A DNA stretch of 64,000 bases from Rickettsiales bacterium (GCA_031260805.1 JAISKV010000001.1:20978-84977); one strand, 5' to 3'. Positions 20,257-31,035 are shown, counted from the first letter of the stretch. Notes: generated from the sequence alone by a model not told the origin. Program-made: numbers and translations.

Positions 20257-20322
20257 CCACTACCCCGTCGCGCTGCGCGCGCCACCCCTTCGCTGGCGAA
20301 TGGGCGGCGGCGGGGTAGTGGT
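20257..20322. repeat. GC-rich palindromic element CCACTACCCCGTCGCGCTGCGCGCGCCACCCCTTCGCTGG ... CGGGGTAGTGG
   Basis: Same motif recurs at 60117-60313; flanked by CAGAGTTCAG and AACTAATAACTAATA tandem words. Confidence 0.75.
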
Positions 20323-20357
20323 ATAACAACTAATAACTAATAACTAATAATTCATAA

Positions 20358-20687
20358 CTATTTCAGCAGTTCTTCAATACGGGCCGCGCGTTCCAGCGTG
20401 TCGTCGTACACAAACCGCAGGTCCGGAGTATACCGCTGATTCATTCGCGCCGCCAATTCATACCGCACTGCGCCTGTGATTCCATCAAGTCTTTTCTGCA
20501 TCGCTTCGCTGTTGCCCGCGGGCGCGTAGTAAAATAGTTTCACGAATTGCAGGCCGCCCGATGATTTCGCGTCCACGATGGTTATCACGATGTCGCCGTA
20601 TAAATCGCGCAGAATTTCCGCAACCAGAGTTCTGATTTTGGATTCTACTTTTTGCGGCCGTGAAGAATTTATATTTGCGTGCTTCAT
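20358..20687 (-). CDS. rbfA: ribosome-binding factor A
   Basis: RbfA KH-like fold; conserved YTPDLRFVYD C-terminal region; start trimmed to MKHANI. Confidence 0.8.
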   Translation of the reverse strand: MKHANINSSRPQKVESKIRTLVAEILRDLYGDIVITIVDAKSSGGLQFVKLFYYAPAGNSEAMQKRLDGITGAVRYELAARMNQRYTPDLRFVYDDTLERAARIEELLK

Positions 20688-20710
20688 GAAATATATTCTA
20701 TACTGCCGCT

Positions 20711-21277
20711 GTGAAATTGCAAGAACGAATTTTAGAGCATGCCGCGCACCCAATGATGTTCTGGGCTGTCATGATTCTGACAATTTGCGAGTCCATATTT
20801 CTATTCATCCCGCCAGAGGTTTTTATGACCCCGCCGATTGTCGCGGACAAAAAGCGCGCGGTTCCGATTGTTGTCGCGGCATCGGTCGGCAGTTTGATTG
20901 GGGGCGCGATTGCTTATGCGGTCGGGCTGTGGCTGTATGACACGATCGGAATCTGGATTATTAATTTCGTATCGTCGCCCGAATCGTTCGAGATGGCAAA
21001 AACGATGTTTGACAAATACGGATTGCTGGTCATATTTATGGCGGCATTTACGCCTGTGCCGTACAAGTTTCTGGCGATTGCAGCCGGATTTCTGGGGTAC
21101 AACCCATGGCTGTTCATCGGCGTGTCGGCGATTTTCCGCACAGGCCGATTTGCGTTGGTCGGATTTTTATTATGGAAGTTTCAGCGCGCGGCGAACGAAA
21201 TTGTGAAAAAATATTTCTGGCCGCTGACGGCTTTGGCGGTAATTGCCGCTGGACTGGGCGTGCTTTTAATTTTATGA
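20711..21277 (+). CDS. DedA/YqaA-family inner membrane protein
   Basis: 188 aa polytopic membrane protein with the glycine-rich DedA-like core (GSLIGGAIAYAVG). Confidence 0.5.
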   Translation: MKLQERILEHAAHPMMFWAVMILTICESIFLFIPPEVFMTPPIVADKKRAVPIVVAASVGSLIGGAIAYAVGLWLYDTIGIWIINFVSSPESFEMAKTMFDKYGLLVIFMAAFTPVPYKFLAIAAGFLGYNPWLFIGVSAIFRTGRFALVGFLLWKFQRAANEIVKKYFWPLTALAVIAAGLGVLLIL

Positions 21278-21284
21278 TGTCGTT

Positions 21285-22100
21285 ATGGAAGAAATGAATG
21301 AAGTTTTTAACGAAATTCAGGTTGAAAAGAAAACGATAATTTCTTTCGCTGATGTCGCCGCGCGATACGACAACGGGCGCGAAGTTTTGGCTGATGTGTC
21401 GTTTAATATTTCCGCGGGGGCTTTCTATTTTCTGTCCGGGGCGTCCGGCGCGGGAAAGACCACGCTGCTGCGCTTGATTTACCAACTGCACCGGCAATCG
21501 CGCGGCCAGATAAAGTTATTCGGGCGCAGCGTTTCGGAATTATCGCGCGATGAAATCATTAAAATGCGCCGCAAGATGGCAATTGTTTTCCAAGAATATT
21601 CCCTGATATCGCATCTGTCCGTGTTTGACAATATCGCGATGCCGCTGCGTGTGCGCGGCGTCGCGGAAAAGATAGTGCGCAAGAAAACGGCCCAGGTCTT
21701 AAAGTGGATCGGGCTGTCCGCGTATGCGAATATTCTGCCGCTGAATTTGTCCGGCGGCCAGCAGCAGCGCGTCAGCGTCGCCCGCGCGATTATAACCAGT
21801 CCTGAAATATTGCTGGCGGACGAACCGACTGGAAACCTGGACGACGATTCGGCGCGAAAACTGATGGAACTGTTTATCCAGATGAATGCAAAGTTCGGCA
21901 CGACGATAATCCTGGCGACGCACAGCACGGGATTGATGAATACTTATAAATTTCCGAAAATACTGGTCGCGGACCATCGCGTGCGTTTCGCAGGCGATGC
22001 CGCGGCATCCGATGACATAAAATTCTCCGGCGGGGGCAAGGTGTTTTTATCCAAACTGGGGCAGCAATTTTCAGCATTGGCGGGCGGCGATGAAAAATAA
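21285..22100 (+). CDS. ftsE: cell division ATP-binding protein FtsE
   Basis: ABC ATPase Walker [10 protein letters not shown], signature LSGGQQQRV, Walker [13 protein letters not shown]; followed by ftsX. Confidence 0.85.
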   Translation: MEEMNEVFNEIQVEKKTIISFADVAARYDNGREVLADVSFNISAGAFYFLSGASGAGKTTLLRLIYQLHRQSRGQIKLFGRSVSELSRDEIIKMRRKMAIVFQEYSLISHLSVFDNIAMPLRVRGVAEKIVRKKTAQVLKWIGLSAYANILPLNLSGGQQQRVSVARAIITSPEILLADEPTGNLDDDSARKLMELFIQMNAKFGTTIILATHSTGLMNTYKFPKILVADHRVRFAGDAAASDDIKFSGGGKVFLSKLGQQFSALAGGDEK

Positions 22101-22932
22101 ACGGCCGGTTGTTTTTTCATTTATAAGGGAGCAGTCGTCTTTCATGACGGTTATTGTGTCGCTGCTGACATTTATCGCGATGCTGTGCCTGGGCATTGCA
22201 ATCGCAATAGGATCGGGCGTCGGAAAATGGAACCGGCAGTGGGATTTGTACGCCACGGTCCAGGTTTATCCCGGCGGCGACGCGCCGGCGGTTGAAAAAA
22301 TAATCGCGGACGCCAGGACGGAATCTTTCCGCGCGCTGGACGCGGCGGAAATTTCGCGGCTGATTAAACCTTGGCTGGACAACGCGACTGTGCTGGGCGA
22401 TTATCTGCCGAAAATGTGGGAAGTAAAATTCAAGAATCCGGGCGCGCTGTCGGATGCAAAGAAAGAAATCGCGGCATTGGACAAAGTTCAGTTTATCAGG
22501 CATTCGGACGGCATGAAAAATTCTGTAAATGCGGCAATCAGAATCGCGGCGTTGGCGGGTTTAATCATGGCGCTGATGATTGGCGCGCTGGCGTTGTGCG
22601 TGTCTTTTGTCGTGCGCAACACTACAATGATACATGCGCGCGAATTGGAAATACTTAATCAAATCGGGGCGTCGGACAGATTTGTCGTCCGCCAGCTGCA
22701 ATTGGCGATAATCAAAATTACAGCCCTTGCGACCGCAATCGGACTGGTTGCGGGAATCGCCGGGATGCTGGCGATTTCGGCGATTGCGTCCGGCGCGCGG
22801 TTTGGCGTCATGTCCGGATTCGGATTATCAGCGGCGGGCGTCGCGTCGTTAATCGCGCTGGGGATTTTCATAATTGTGTTCTCGGTCTGGGCGGCGGGGC
22901 GCACGACAAAGAAAATCTTGGTGGGCGCATGA
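22090..22932 (+). CDS. ftsX: cell division permease-like protein FtsX
   Basis: Four TM helices with a large first periplasmic loop; overlaps ftsE stop. Confidence 0.75.
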   Translation: MKNKRPVVFSFIREQSSFMTVIVSLLTFIAMLCLGIAIAIGSGVGKWNRQWDLYATVQVYPGGDAPAVEKIIADARTESFRALDAAEISRLIKPWLDNATVLGDYLPKMWEVKFKNPGALSDAKKEIAALDKVQFIRHSDGMKNSVNAAIRIAALAGLIMALMIGALALCVSFVVRNTTMIHARELEILNQIGASDRFVVRQLQLAIIKITALATAIGLVAGIAGMLAISAIASGARFGVMSGFGLSAAGVASLIALGIFIIVFSVWAAGRTTKKILVGA

Positions 22933-23456
22933 TTTTCCGCATTTTCTCATTGCCGCTGCTGGCGTGCGCCGCGTTCGTCATCGGCGGATTTGTGTTCAAG
23001 TCCACCGCTCCATCGCGCTGCGCGACAATCATGAATAATGATGTGGCGTTTGTCTTGACCGGAGACAGGACGCGCATACCGGCCGCGATAAAAATCATGA
23101 AGCGGCATGCCGACATGCAGTTGTATATCATCGGCGCCGGGACGCCGAATATTTCCGATTTGACGACCGAGGATATGCGCAGGAACATAACGGTTGAATC
23201 CGAATCTAAAACGACCGCGCAGAATGCGGCGGCGATTCGGGATATCGCATTGGGCCAGGGTCTGAACCGCTTGGTATTGATTACATCAGCGGATCATATA
23301 AACCGCGCGGCATTGCTGGTCCGGCGCGAGTTGCCCGGAACGGATGTCGCGCTTTGCCCCGTGCTGCTGCGCGGCGGAACGGAAACGCGGGTCAAGCGCT
23401 GGACTATTGAGTATATGAAGTACATCGGCACCATGCTGGGGCTGGATAAAAGATAG
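22929..23456 (+). CDS. DUF218/YdcF(SanA/ElyC)-like protein
   Basis: N-terminal TM then DUF218-like core (FVLTGDRTRIPAAIKIM...LVLITSADHINRA). Confidence 0.45.
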   Translation: MIFRIFSLPLLACAAFVIGGFVFKSTAPSRCATIMNNDVAFVLTGDRTRIPAAIKIMKRHADMQLYIIGAGTPNISDLTTEDMRRNITVESESKTTAQNAAAIRDIALGQGLNRLVLITSADHINRAALLVRRELPGTDVALCPVLLRGGTETRVKRWTIEYMKYIGTMLGLDKR

Positions 23457-23519
23457 TGTTCAGATTTCGGAAATTGAGTGCTTGATATTTGTGTAATACT
23501 GGTTTATCATTGCCGCATA

Positions 23520-25343
23520 ATGATGGAACGCATAAGAAATTTTTCAATAATCGCGCACATTGACCATGGCAAGTCCACCTTGTCCGACCGCTTGATTGAA
23601 TATTGCGGCGGCCTGGAATCGCGCGAGATGAAGGCCCAAGTCCTGGACAGCATGGATATAGAGCGGGAGCGCGGGATTACTATCAAGGCCCAGACGGTGC
23701 GGCTGACATACAAGGCGCGCGATGGGCAGACTTACCAACTGAATTTAATGGACACGCCGGGACATGTGGACTTTGCATATGAAGTGTCGCGCAGTCTGGC
23801 CGCGTGCGAAGGCGCGGTGCTGCTGGTGGATGCGACCCAGGGGGTCCAGGCCCAGACGCTGGCCAACGCATATTTGGCGATTGACAATGACTTGGAAATT
23901 CTGCCGGTGCTGAACAAGATTGATTTGCCTTCGTCCGATGTTGAAATGACGAAGCGGCAGATTGCGGATGTCGTCGGGCTGCCGGCGGACGATGCGCAAA
24001 GCGTGTCCGGCAAGACCGGGGCGGGCATTCCTGAATTGTTGGAAACAATCGTCGGCCGGCTGCCGTCGCCGAATGGAAATCCGAATGCGGCCGCGCGCGC
24101 ATTGCTGGTGGATTCGTGGTACGATTCGTATTTGGGCGTCGTGTGCCTGGTGCGCGTGGTTGACGGGAAGTTAACGCGCGGGCAAAAGATTAAATTCATT
24201 GCGACCGGCGCGGAATACGAAATTGATAAAATCGGATACTTTACGCCGAAAATGGTGAATACGGAAAGTCTGGAATGCGGCGAAATCGGCTTTGTCATAA
24301 CCGGCATGAAAACGATTCGCGATTGCAAAGTCGGCGACACGATAACCGGCAGCGATCAGCGGGCGGCGGACAGCGAGCCTTTGCCAGGATTCAAGCCGTC
24401 TGTGCCTGTGGTGTTTTCTTCATTCTTTCCGGTGGAAGCGGACGATTACCCGACGCTGCGCGACAGTGCGGAAAAGTTGGCGCTGAACGATTCGTCTTTT
24501 GTGTTCCAGGTGGAAAAGTCGTCCGCATTGGGGTTTGGGCTGCGCTGCGGATTTCTGGGCCTGCTGCATATGGAGATTATAAGCGAGCGATTGAGCCGCG
24601 AATTTAACTTGAATCTGATAAACACGATTCCAAGCGTGCTGTACAAGATTCATCGCAGATCTGGCGGGGGCGCAAAAGCTGCCGACATGGAAGACGGGAT
24701 CATAAATCTTGAAAATCCTGCGGATATGCCGCCGCCTGAACAGATTGATTTTATTGAAGAGCCTTGGGTGCGCGCGACCATCATGCTGCCAGACCAGTAT
24801 CTGGGCGGAATCATGTCGCTGTGCGTGGAACGGCGCGGAATTCAGGAAAACATGTCTTATGTTGGCAATCGGGTGGTTCTGGTTTACCGGCTGCCGCTGG
24901 CCGAGATTGTTTTTGATTTTTACGACCGGGTCAAATCATTGACATCCGGCTATGCCAGTTTCGAGTATCATCTGGACGGATACGAATCGTCCGATCTGGT
25001 CAAGGTATCTGTGCTGGTAAACGAAGAAGTGGTAGAGCCTTTGTCGTTCCTGTGCCATCGGTCGTTCGCGGAAAAGCGCGGCCGCCAGATTGTGGAAAAG
25101 TTGAAAGACCTTATCCCGCGGCATCAGTTCAAGATTCCAATCCAGGCGGCCATCGGCGGCAAAATCATCGCGCGCGAAACAATTGCGGCGTACCGCAAGG
25201 ATGTTACGGCAAAATGCTATGGCGGGGACATTTCTCGCAAGCGGAAATTATTGGAAAAGCAAAAGGAAGGTAAAAAACGGATGCGGTCGTTCGGGAATGT
25301 TGAAATCCCGCAAACGGCATTTATCAACGCATTGAAGGTTTGA
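23520..25343 (+). CDS. lepA: elongation factor 4 (LepA)
   Basis: GTPase G1 [21 protein letters not shown]; LepA-specific C-terminal domain; start trimmed to MMERIRNF. Confidence 0.9.
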   Translation: MMERIRNFSIIAHIDHGKSTLSDRLIEYCGGLESREMKAQVLDSMDIERERGITIKAQTVRLTYKARDGQTYQLNLMDTPGHVDFAYEVSRSLAACEGAVLLVDATQGVQAQTLANAYLAIDNDLEILPVLNKIDLPSSDVEMTKRQIADVVGLPADDAQSVSGKTGAGIPELLETIVGRLPSPNGNPNAAARALLVDSWYDSYLGVVCLVRVVDGKLTRGQKIKFIATGAEYEIDKIGYFTPKMVNTESLECGEIGFVITGMKTIRDCKVGDTITGSDQRAADSEPLPGFKPSVPVVFSSFFPVEADDYPTLRDSAEKLALNDSSFVFQVEKSSALGFGLRCGFLGLLHMEIISERLSREFNLNLINTIPSVLYKIHRRSGGGAKAADMEDGIINLENPADMPPPEQIDFIEEPWVRATIMLPDQYLGGIMSLCVERRGIQENMSYVGNRVVLVYRLPLAEIVFDFYDRVKSLTSGYASFEYHLDGYESSDLVKVSVLVNEEVVEPLSFLCHRSFAEKRGRQIVEKLKDLIPRHQFKIPIQAAIGGKIIARETIAAYRKDVTAKCYGGDISRKRKLLEKQKEGKKRMRSFGNVEIPQTAFINALKV

Positions 25344-25414
25344 GGTTTAAGATTTAAGGTTTGAGGTTTCGGCCTAATTACCTTAAACCTTAAATCTCAA
25401 ACCTCAAACCTTAA
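25337..25414. repeat. palindromic hairpin of GGTTTGAGG/GGTTTAAGA words (same word family as 11088-11285)
   Basis: GGTTTGAGGTTTAAGATTTAAGGTTTGAGGTTT-loop-reverse complement; first word provides the final codons KV-stop of lepA. Confidence 0.8.
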
Positions 25415-25417
25415 AAT

Positions 25418-26410
25418 ATGAGTCATCAGTTCTTCTTTTCACCGTACATATTGGATAATCTGGTGGCGCCGGCGGCCGGATTCAGCGTGTTCCAGGATAT
25501 TGCCCAGCCGAAACTGAAAATTTACATAACCGCGCGCGGCGTGCGGACTTTCTTTACGCGCAAGCGCGTGCACGGCCGGGACCAGCGGATAATTCTGGGC
25601 AATTATCCGGAAACAGACATTGAAACGGCGCGGGGAATTCTGGGCGATGCGATTGCGGCGCGGTGCGCGCCGATTCAGAAGAAAAATGCCGCGATTAGTG
25701 TCGGCGCGCTGATTAAAATCTGGATTCGCGATAAAATTAAGTCCAAGTCCAAAACTCTGCGCGCGACAACACGGCACTTTGGCAAAATATGGACCAAGCG
25801 GCTGAGCGCAATAACCGCGGACGAACTGGGCGAGATTATCCGCAGCATCGCTGAATCCGCCGGGCCGGCAATCGCGTGCCGGATGCGCTGCGCCGCGGTC
25901 AGTTTTTTCAAGCATGCGGTGCAACTGGGATACCTGGAAAAAAATCCGGCCGCGGGGATTCCCAGGATTGCGGCCCAGCCGCGGCATAAAAACAGGCTCA
26001 GTTGGACGGCATTGTCAAAACTGGTCCGCGCGATACGGTCTGAACAGGACGAAAATACGCGGCGCGCGTTTTTAATGCTGGTTTACGGATTTGCAAATCG
26101 GTCGCGGATTTTTTCAATGCGTTGGTCGGACATAGATTTTAACCAGTACGCATGGCATGACGGGCTGCTGTCCGATCCGGCCATAGATTTAATCCAGGAA
26201 ATGTCCCAGGATTTCGTATGGCTGTTTCCGGGGCGCGGCCGCCGGCATCTGACGGATCCGCGCGGGGCGTGGCGGCGGATTGTGAAAAATGCGGGCTTGC
26301 GCGAAATCCAAATGAATGATGTTTACAAGTTTCTGAAATCAAAACTTCCGAAAACCGGCGATATTTATGAATTGCGCGCCGCGAAAAACGATATCTTGAC
26401 AAAAATTTGA
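25418..26410 (+). CDS. phage-type tyrosine integrase-like protein, probably truncated/degenerate
   Basis: N-terminal P4-type arm-binding domain (KLKIYITARGVRTFFTRKRV). SAM-like core-binding domain. Only the start of the catalytic domain (FLMLVYGFANRSRIFSMRWSDID). No clear HxxR...Y tail. 330 aa. Confidence 0.5.
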   Translation: MSHQFFFSPYILDNLVAPAAGFSVFQDIAQPKLKIYITARGVRTFFTRKRVHGRDQRIILGNYPETDIETARGILGDAIAARCAPIQKKNAAISVGALIKIWIRDKIKSKSKTLRATTRHFGKIWTKRLSAITADELGEIIRSIAESAGPAIACRMRCAAVSFFKHAVQLGYLEKNPAAGIPRIAAQPRHKNRLSWTALSKLVRAIRSEQDENTRRAFLMLVYGFANRSRIFSMRWSDIDFNQYAWHDGLLSDPAIDLIQEMSQDFVWLFPGRGRRHLTDPRGAWRRIVKNAGLREIQMNDVYKFLKSKLPKTGDIYELRAAKNDILTKI

Positions 26411-26434
26411 TTCGTGTCCGGTTGCGTTATTTAT

Positions 26435-26463
26435 TTGACACTATCTCGCCAAAATGATAAATT
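26435..26463 (+). promoter_or_regulatory. sigma70-like promoter upstream of acpP
   Basis: TTGACA -35, 17-nt spacer, TAAATT -10. Confidence 0.45.
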
Positions 26464-26523
26464 CAGTCTTAGTCGCTTTGGGAAATATCCCCGACACAGA
26501 TTAAATCAAACAAAGGAATAGAA

Positions 26524-26775
26524 ATGTCAAACACTTTTGATAAAGTCAAAGAAGTAGTAAAAGAAAAACTGAATATAACTGACGAGTCCAAGATTGTCCC
26601 GGGCGCGTCTTTTACAAACGATCTGGGCGCGGATTCACTGGATCTGGTGGAATTCATCATGGCTGTTGAAAAGGAATTCGGCATTTCAATTCCGGATGAA
26701 GATGTTCAGCAGTTGTCCACCGTTGGCGCGGCGGTTGAATATATTGACAAGCATTCGGTCAAGAAAGCGGCCTAA
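26524..26775 (+). CDS. acpP: acyl carrier protein
   Basis: DSLD phosphopantetheine attachment motif (LGADSLDLVEF), 83 aa. Confidence 0.95.
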   Translation: MSNTFDKVKEVVKEKLNITDESKIVPGASFTNDLGADSLDLVEFIMAVEKEFGISIPDEDVQQLSTVGAAVEYIDKHSVKKAA

Positions 26776-26888
26776 ACTTCCGGTTTTTTGCTTGATCCGG
26801 CGCAAAATGCTTTGCGCCGGATTTTTGTGGAAATTTTACATCCGATTGATTATAATCGGAACAAGTATTTCTTTAAGGAGATTAAAAA

Positions 26889-28139
26889 ATGAAACGGGTT
26901 GTAATAACCGGGATGGGATTGGTGTCGCCGGTCGGAACCGGGGTTGAATACGCATGGCAGAATATTATTGCCGGGCGGTCCGGAATTCGTCCGATTGACA
27001 AGTTTGACGCGTCAAATCTGCCAAGTCAGATTGCCGGCGTGCCGATTCTGGGCACGGGCGCGGGCGAATGCGATTTGGATGGGGTCGCGGATAAAAAAGA
27101 ACAGGCGCGCAATGACTTGGTTACGCTGTACGCGCTGGCTGCGGCGGACCAGGCGATAAAGGATTCCGGTTTTGCCGGCATTGAAAACAAAGACAGAATC
27201 GGCGTCAGCGTCGGGTCCGGGATTGGCGGAATGCAGACGATTTACGACAACTGCACCGGGTTGGATCACGAAGGGCCGCGCGGGGTGTCGCCTTTCTTTA
27301 TCCCCAAGGGGATTTCCAACATGCCGGCCGGGCAGATTTCAATCAAGCACGGATTGCGCGGCCCGAATATTACGATTGTTACGGCCTGTGCGACAGGTAC
27401 GCATTCAATCGGCGAAGGCGCGCGGCTGATTCAGCACGGCGACGCCGACATCATGGTTTGCGGCGGGTCCGAAGCGGCTGTCTGCGGAATCGGCATGGCC
27501 GGATTCTGTTCAATGAAGGCGCTGTCCAGCCACTTTAATGATAATCCGGCGGCGGCTTCGCGTCCATGGGATCGGGGCAGGGACGGGTTTGTAATCGGCG
27601 AAGGCGCTGCTGTATTGGTCTTGGAAGAGTATGAGCATGCTGTTTCACGCGGCGCGAAAATCTATGCGGAAGTTATCGGATATGGCATGTCGGGCGACGC
27701 GCATCACATAACCGCGCCGGCCCCCGGCGGGGAAGGCGGGCTGCGCGCGATGCAGAATGCGCTGCGCGATGCCGGAATTGAACCGTCCGCGGTTGACTAT
27801 GTCAATGCGCACGGGACATCAACGGGACTGGGGGACGCCGGGGAATACAACGCGGTCAAGACTTTGTTCGGCGGCGCGGGCATTGCGATGTCGTCAACCA
27901 AGTCAATGACCGGGCACATGCTGGGCGCGGCTGGCGCGGCCGAAGCGGTGTTCTGCGTGCTGGCCATGCGCGACGGGATTGTGCCGCCAACGATAAACTT
28001 GGAAAATCCGGACGAGTTTGTTGACGGCAGCATTGAATTGCCAACCGTCGCGACCAAGAAAGAAGTTAATGTTTGCGTCAATAACTCGTTCGGGTTCGGC
28101 GGAACGAATGCTTCGTTGGTGCTGCGGGCGGTGAAGTAA
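26889..28139 (+). CDS. fabF: 3-oxoacyl-ACP synthase II
   Basis: Active-site Cys in ACATGTHSIG; His motifs HGTSTGLGD and GHMLGAAG; 416 aa. Confidence 0.9.
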   Translation: MKRVVITGMGLVSPVGTGVEYAWQNIIAGRSGIRPIDKFDASNLPSQIAGVPILGTGAGECDLDGVADKKEQARNDLVTLYALAAADQAIKDSGFAGIENKDRIGVSVGSGIGGMQTIYDNCTGLDHEGPRGVSPFFIPKGISNMPAGQISIKHGLRGPNITIVTACATGTHSIGEGARLIQHGDADIMVCGGSEAAVCGIGMAGFCSMKALSSHFNDNPAAASRPWDRGRDGFVIGEGAAVLVLEEYEHAVSRGAKIYAEVIGYGMSGDAHHITAPAPGGEGGLRAMQNALRDAGIEPSAVDYVNAHGTSTGLGDAGEYNAVKTLFGGAGIAMSSTKSMTGHMLGAAGAAEAVFCVLAMRDGIVPPTINLENPDEFVDGSIELPTVATKKEVNVCVNNSFGFGGTNASLVLRAVK

Positions 28140-28141
28140 AG

Positions 28142-29170
28142 ATGAAAAAAGTAAAAAAACAACATGGGTCATCCCGGCGAAAGCCGGGATTTAAGTCTAT
28201 TAAGAAAAATAGATTCCGGGTCAAGCCCGGAATGACACTGTTTTTAATTATTTTCACTTTTTTCACTATTTTCACTCTTTTCACTATTTTCATTTCTTCC
28301 CCGATTAAACAAAAGACCGAATTCACGATTTCGCGCGGGGCGGGGGTTGCGTCCGTGGCCGTCGGGTTGCAGGCGAACGATTTGGTTTATTCCAAGACGC
28401 TGTTCCGCGCGTCCGTCGCGCTGTTCGGCGGCCGGGTCCAGGCCGGTGTTTATGATTTGCCGCGCGGGGCGTCTGTCTGGAAACTGGCGCGCAAATTCGC
28501 GCGCGGCGACATCGCGGCCACGACTATAACCGTGCCCGAAGGCCTGACCGTCCGTCAGATTGAAAATCTGCTTAATGTCAGCGGCGCCGCCTGCAAGTTA
28601 AAGTTCGGCGAAGGAGATTTGTTTCCGAACACTTATACGATTGCGCGCGGCGCGTCAAATTGCATGATAATTTCGCTGATGATGGATAAAATGACGGCGG
28701 TCAAGCGCGGCTGGGAAAATTCAGGCCGGCATCTGCCCGCGCCGCTGAAAGACTGGAACGAAATCATAACGCTGGCGTCCATCGTTCAGAAGGAAACGCC
28801 GCGCGTGGCCGAAATGCCGATTGTCGCATCCGTGTACATGAACCGTTTAAGAAAACGAATGCGGTTGCAGGCGGACCCGACAGTTGTTTATGCGATAACC
28901 AACCGGTTGGGCGATATGCAGGGCAAACCGTTGTTAAGATCTGATTTGATAGAAAAAAGCCCGTATAATACTTATATGAATTACGGGCTGCCGGTCGGCC
29001 CTATTGCGAATGTCGGCGCGGATGCGATTGCGGCGGTGCTGAATCCGGCGGATACGAATTATTTGTACTTTGTCGCGGACGGCACCGGCGGGCATAAGTT
29101 TTCAGATACTTATCAGCAGCATCAGGCGAATCATCAGGCTTGGCGGGAGATAAAGAAAGGTAAAAGGTGA
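28142..29170 (+). CDS. mltG: endolytic murein transglycosylase MltG (YceG family)
   Basis: YceG-like domain. The N-terminal hydrophobic segment IIFTFFTIFTLFTIFISS is encoded by TTTTCACT-type tandem words. Confidence 0.7.
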   Translation: MKKVKKQHGSSRRKPGFKSIKKNRFRVKPGMTLFLIIFTFFTIFTLFTIFISSPIKQKTEFTISRGAGVASVAVGLQANDLVYSKTLFRASVALFGGRVQAGVYDLPRGASVWKLARKFARGDIAATTITVPEGLTVRQIENLLNVSGAACKLKFGEGDLFPNTYTIARGASNCMIISLMMDKMTAVKRGWENSGRHLPAPLKDWNEIITLASIVQKETPRVAEMPIVASVYMNRLRKRMRLQADPTVVYAITNRLGDMQGKPLLRSDLIEKSPYNTYMNYGLPVGPIANVGADAIAAVLNPADTNYLYFVADGTGGHKFSDTYQQHQANHQAWREIKKGKR

Positions 29171-29262
29171 AGGTGCAGGCATTTTGATTTAGATTGACAA
29201 GGCTTTTTTCATGGAGTAAAATCATCTCACCATGAATTACATGGAACCCAAGGAGAAATCTT

Positions 29263-30108
29263 ATGAAGAAAATAATCTTAACATCATTGTTCGCGGCCGT
29301 TGCTGTTTCCGCAGCAAATGCAGGCGTTATTGACAACAACCCGTTGTATCGTCCGAATGGCGGACACTTTTACAGCGTGACCGACCTGGCGACCGACACG
29401 GCGTGGGAAGGCTGGGGTCTGGGCGAAGAATTCGGATACGGCATCAATGACAAATTGTCTGTCATTGCGACAACAAAACTGTCCGCGTATTTTCCGGAAT
29501 CCGATCTGTATGGCAACAACAATTATGCGTGGGATAATTTCGGTCTGAAATTAAACTATCGTGTGCTGGATGACAAAAACATCAAGGCCGATGTTTACGG
29601 CGGCGTTGCGCAGAACTATGCGACAACCGGCGGTGAAACCAAAAACGGCAAATTCCACTATAAAAACTTTGACGATCTGGAAACGACTTCTTATGATTGG
29701 ACGGTCGGCGCGCGCGCTGGTTATACAACCAAAGAATTCACGATCGCGGGCTTGGTTGAGTACACATACAGCAAAGACGATATTGGCACGGATGTTGACA
29801 GCGGCAAATGGACATTTGGCTTGAACGGCCAGTATGTCATTGACACCAACTGGAACATCACTGGCGGCGCGTCATATGCGCTGACGATGCTGGGTGATGA
29901 CAATCCGGCGAAGATCTGGGCGAACGCTCATGTAGTGAATGCGTATGTCGGCGCGAACTATAACATTGACGATTACAAATTCGTCGGCGTTTATGTTGCG
30001 CAGAATTGGGGCAAGGCATCAACGGGCAACAGTTCCACGACAATCAGCAGTGATTGGGAAATTGCTGATGAAACGATCATCGGTGCGAAGTTCGGAATTG
30101 ACTTCTAA
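29263..30108 (+). CDS. outer-membrane beta-barrel protein (porin-like)
   Basis: Signal peptide MKKIILTSLFAAVAVSAANA; alternating beta strands; C-terminal GAKFGIDF. Confidence 0.5.
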   Translation: MKKIILTSLFAAVAVSAANAGVIDNNPLYRPNGGHFYSVTDLATDTAWEGWGLGEEFGYGINDKLSVIATTKLSAYFPESDLYGNNNYAWDNFGLKLNYRVLDDKNIKADVYGGVAQNYATTGGETKNGKFHYKNFDDLETTSYDWTVGARAGYTTKEFTIAGLVEYTYSKDDIGTDVDSGKWTFGLNGQYVIDTNWNITGGASYALTMLGDDNPAKIWANAHVVNAYVGANYNIDDYKFVGVYVAQNWGKASTGNSSTTISSDWEIADETIIGAKFGIDF

Positions 30109-30138
30109 AAAAAAAACGGGCCCCGGCCCGTTTTTTTT
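30107..30138 (+). terminator. rho-independent terminator
   Basis: AAAAAAAAACGGGCCCCGGCCCGTTTTTTTT. Confidence 0.75.
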
Positions 30139-30216
30139 GTGAAGGTGTAGGTGGAGGTGAAGGTGAATGTGCGGGAATGACGATATCTCAACCTACACCT
30201 ACACTTTCACATACAC
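30139..30216. repeat. palindromic hairpin of GGTGAAGGTGTAGGTGGAGGTG words
   Basis: Arms GTGAAGGTGTAGGTGGAGGTGAAGGTGAATGTG and CAACCTACACCTACACTTTCACATACACC. Loop contains GCGGGAATGACGA (dRS3-like word). Confidence 0.8.
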
Positions 30217-30246
30217 CAAAAAAATGCGGCTTTGCCGCATTTTTTC

Positions 30247-30275
30247 TTGACAGTTGCGCGCTGGACGGTTATACT
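30247..30275 (+). promoter_or_regulatory. near-consensus sigma70 promoter of the str (rpsL) operon
   Basis: TTGACA -35, 17-nt spacer, TATACT -10. About 150 nt upstream of rpsL. Follows two terminators. Confidence 0.6.
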
Positions 30276-30424
30276 ATGTCCGCTTGTCAGATTGCATGAC
30301 AAGGACAAATTTTTAAGATTTCCGCAGAAATTCACGGATTTATAATCATCGGGGCGACCGATTGAAATAAGTCTGATGGGGAATTCTTACGCAAAAAAAG
30401 AACAGAGAAACAAAGGGTTATTTA

Positions 30425-30799
30425 ATGCCAACAGTAAATCAACTGATTCGGAAACCGCGCAAGAAGATTGCGAATCGGTCCAAGGCGCCCGACATGAAGA
30501 TGAACCCGCAGAAACGCGGTGTTTGTACCCGTGTTTATACAACCACTCCGAAAAAGCCAAACTCGGCTCAGCGCAAGGTTGCGCGCGTGAAATTGGCGAA
30601 CGGGAACGAAGTTACCGCATACATTCCGGGCGAAGGCCACAATCTGCAAGAACACAGTGTTGTCATGATTCGCGGCGGCAGGGTCAAGGATTTGCCTGGC
30701 GTAAAATATCACATCATCCGCGGCGTTCTGGATACCCAGGGGGTCAAGGATAGAAAGCAATCCCGGTCTCTGTACGGCGCAAAAGCGAAAAAGGCGTAA
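30425..30799 (+). CDS. rpsL: 30S ribosomal protein S12
   Basis: [21 protein letters not shown] and [17 protein letters not shown] conserved blocks. Confidence 0.97.
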   Translation: MPTVNQLIRKPRKKIANRSKAPDMKMNPQKRGVCTRVYTTTPKKPNSAQRKVARVKLANGNEVTAYIPGEGHNLQEHSVVMIRGGRVKDLPGVKYHIIRGVLDTQGVKDRKQSRSLYGAKAKKA

Positions 30800-30802
30800 G
30801 TT

Positions 30803-30979
30803 ATGGCGTTTGATGTAGAAGCGGTATACAAGGAATATCAGGCGGCAGTTCGTTCAGGTAATGTTAACAAAATGAATGAAGTGCTGGAAAGTTTGAGCGA
30901 GGCTAAGTTCGGATTGTTAAGAAACTATATCAAGACAGTGAACGCAAAAGCCGCTATTGAGAATATTAAAAATAAATAA
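30803..30979 (+). CDS. small hypothetical protein (58 aa) inserted between rpsL and rpsG
   Basis: Begins 4 nt after rpsL stop. [61 protein letters not shown]. Not in ORF track (<60 aa). Confidence 0.4.
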   Translation: MAFDVEAVYKEYQAAVRSGNVNKMNEVLESLSEAKFGLLRNYIKTVNAKAAIENIKNK

Positions 30980-31035
30980 ATCAGTGCGGAAACGCATTGA
31001 GTAATCGGGAAGCCGGTGAAGCAAAGGAAAAAACA

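Noticed and set aside
25418-26410. Calling the integrase-like gene a functional prophage integrase with flanking prophage
   Set aside because: No phage structural, replication or regulatory genes flank it. It sits between lepA and acpP-fabF. No att-site direct repeats or adjacent tRNA were found. It is kept as a remnant only.
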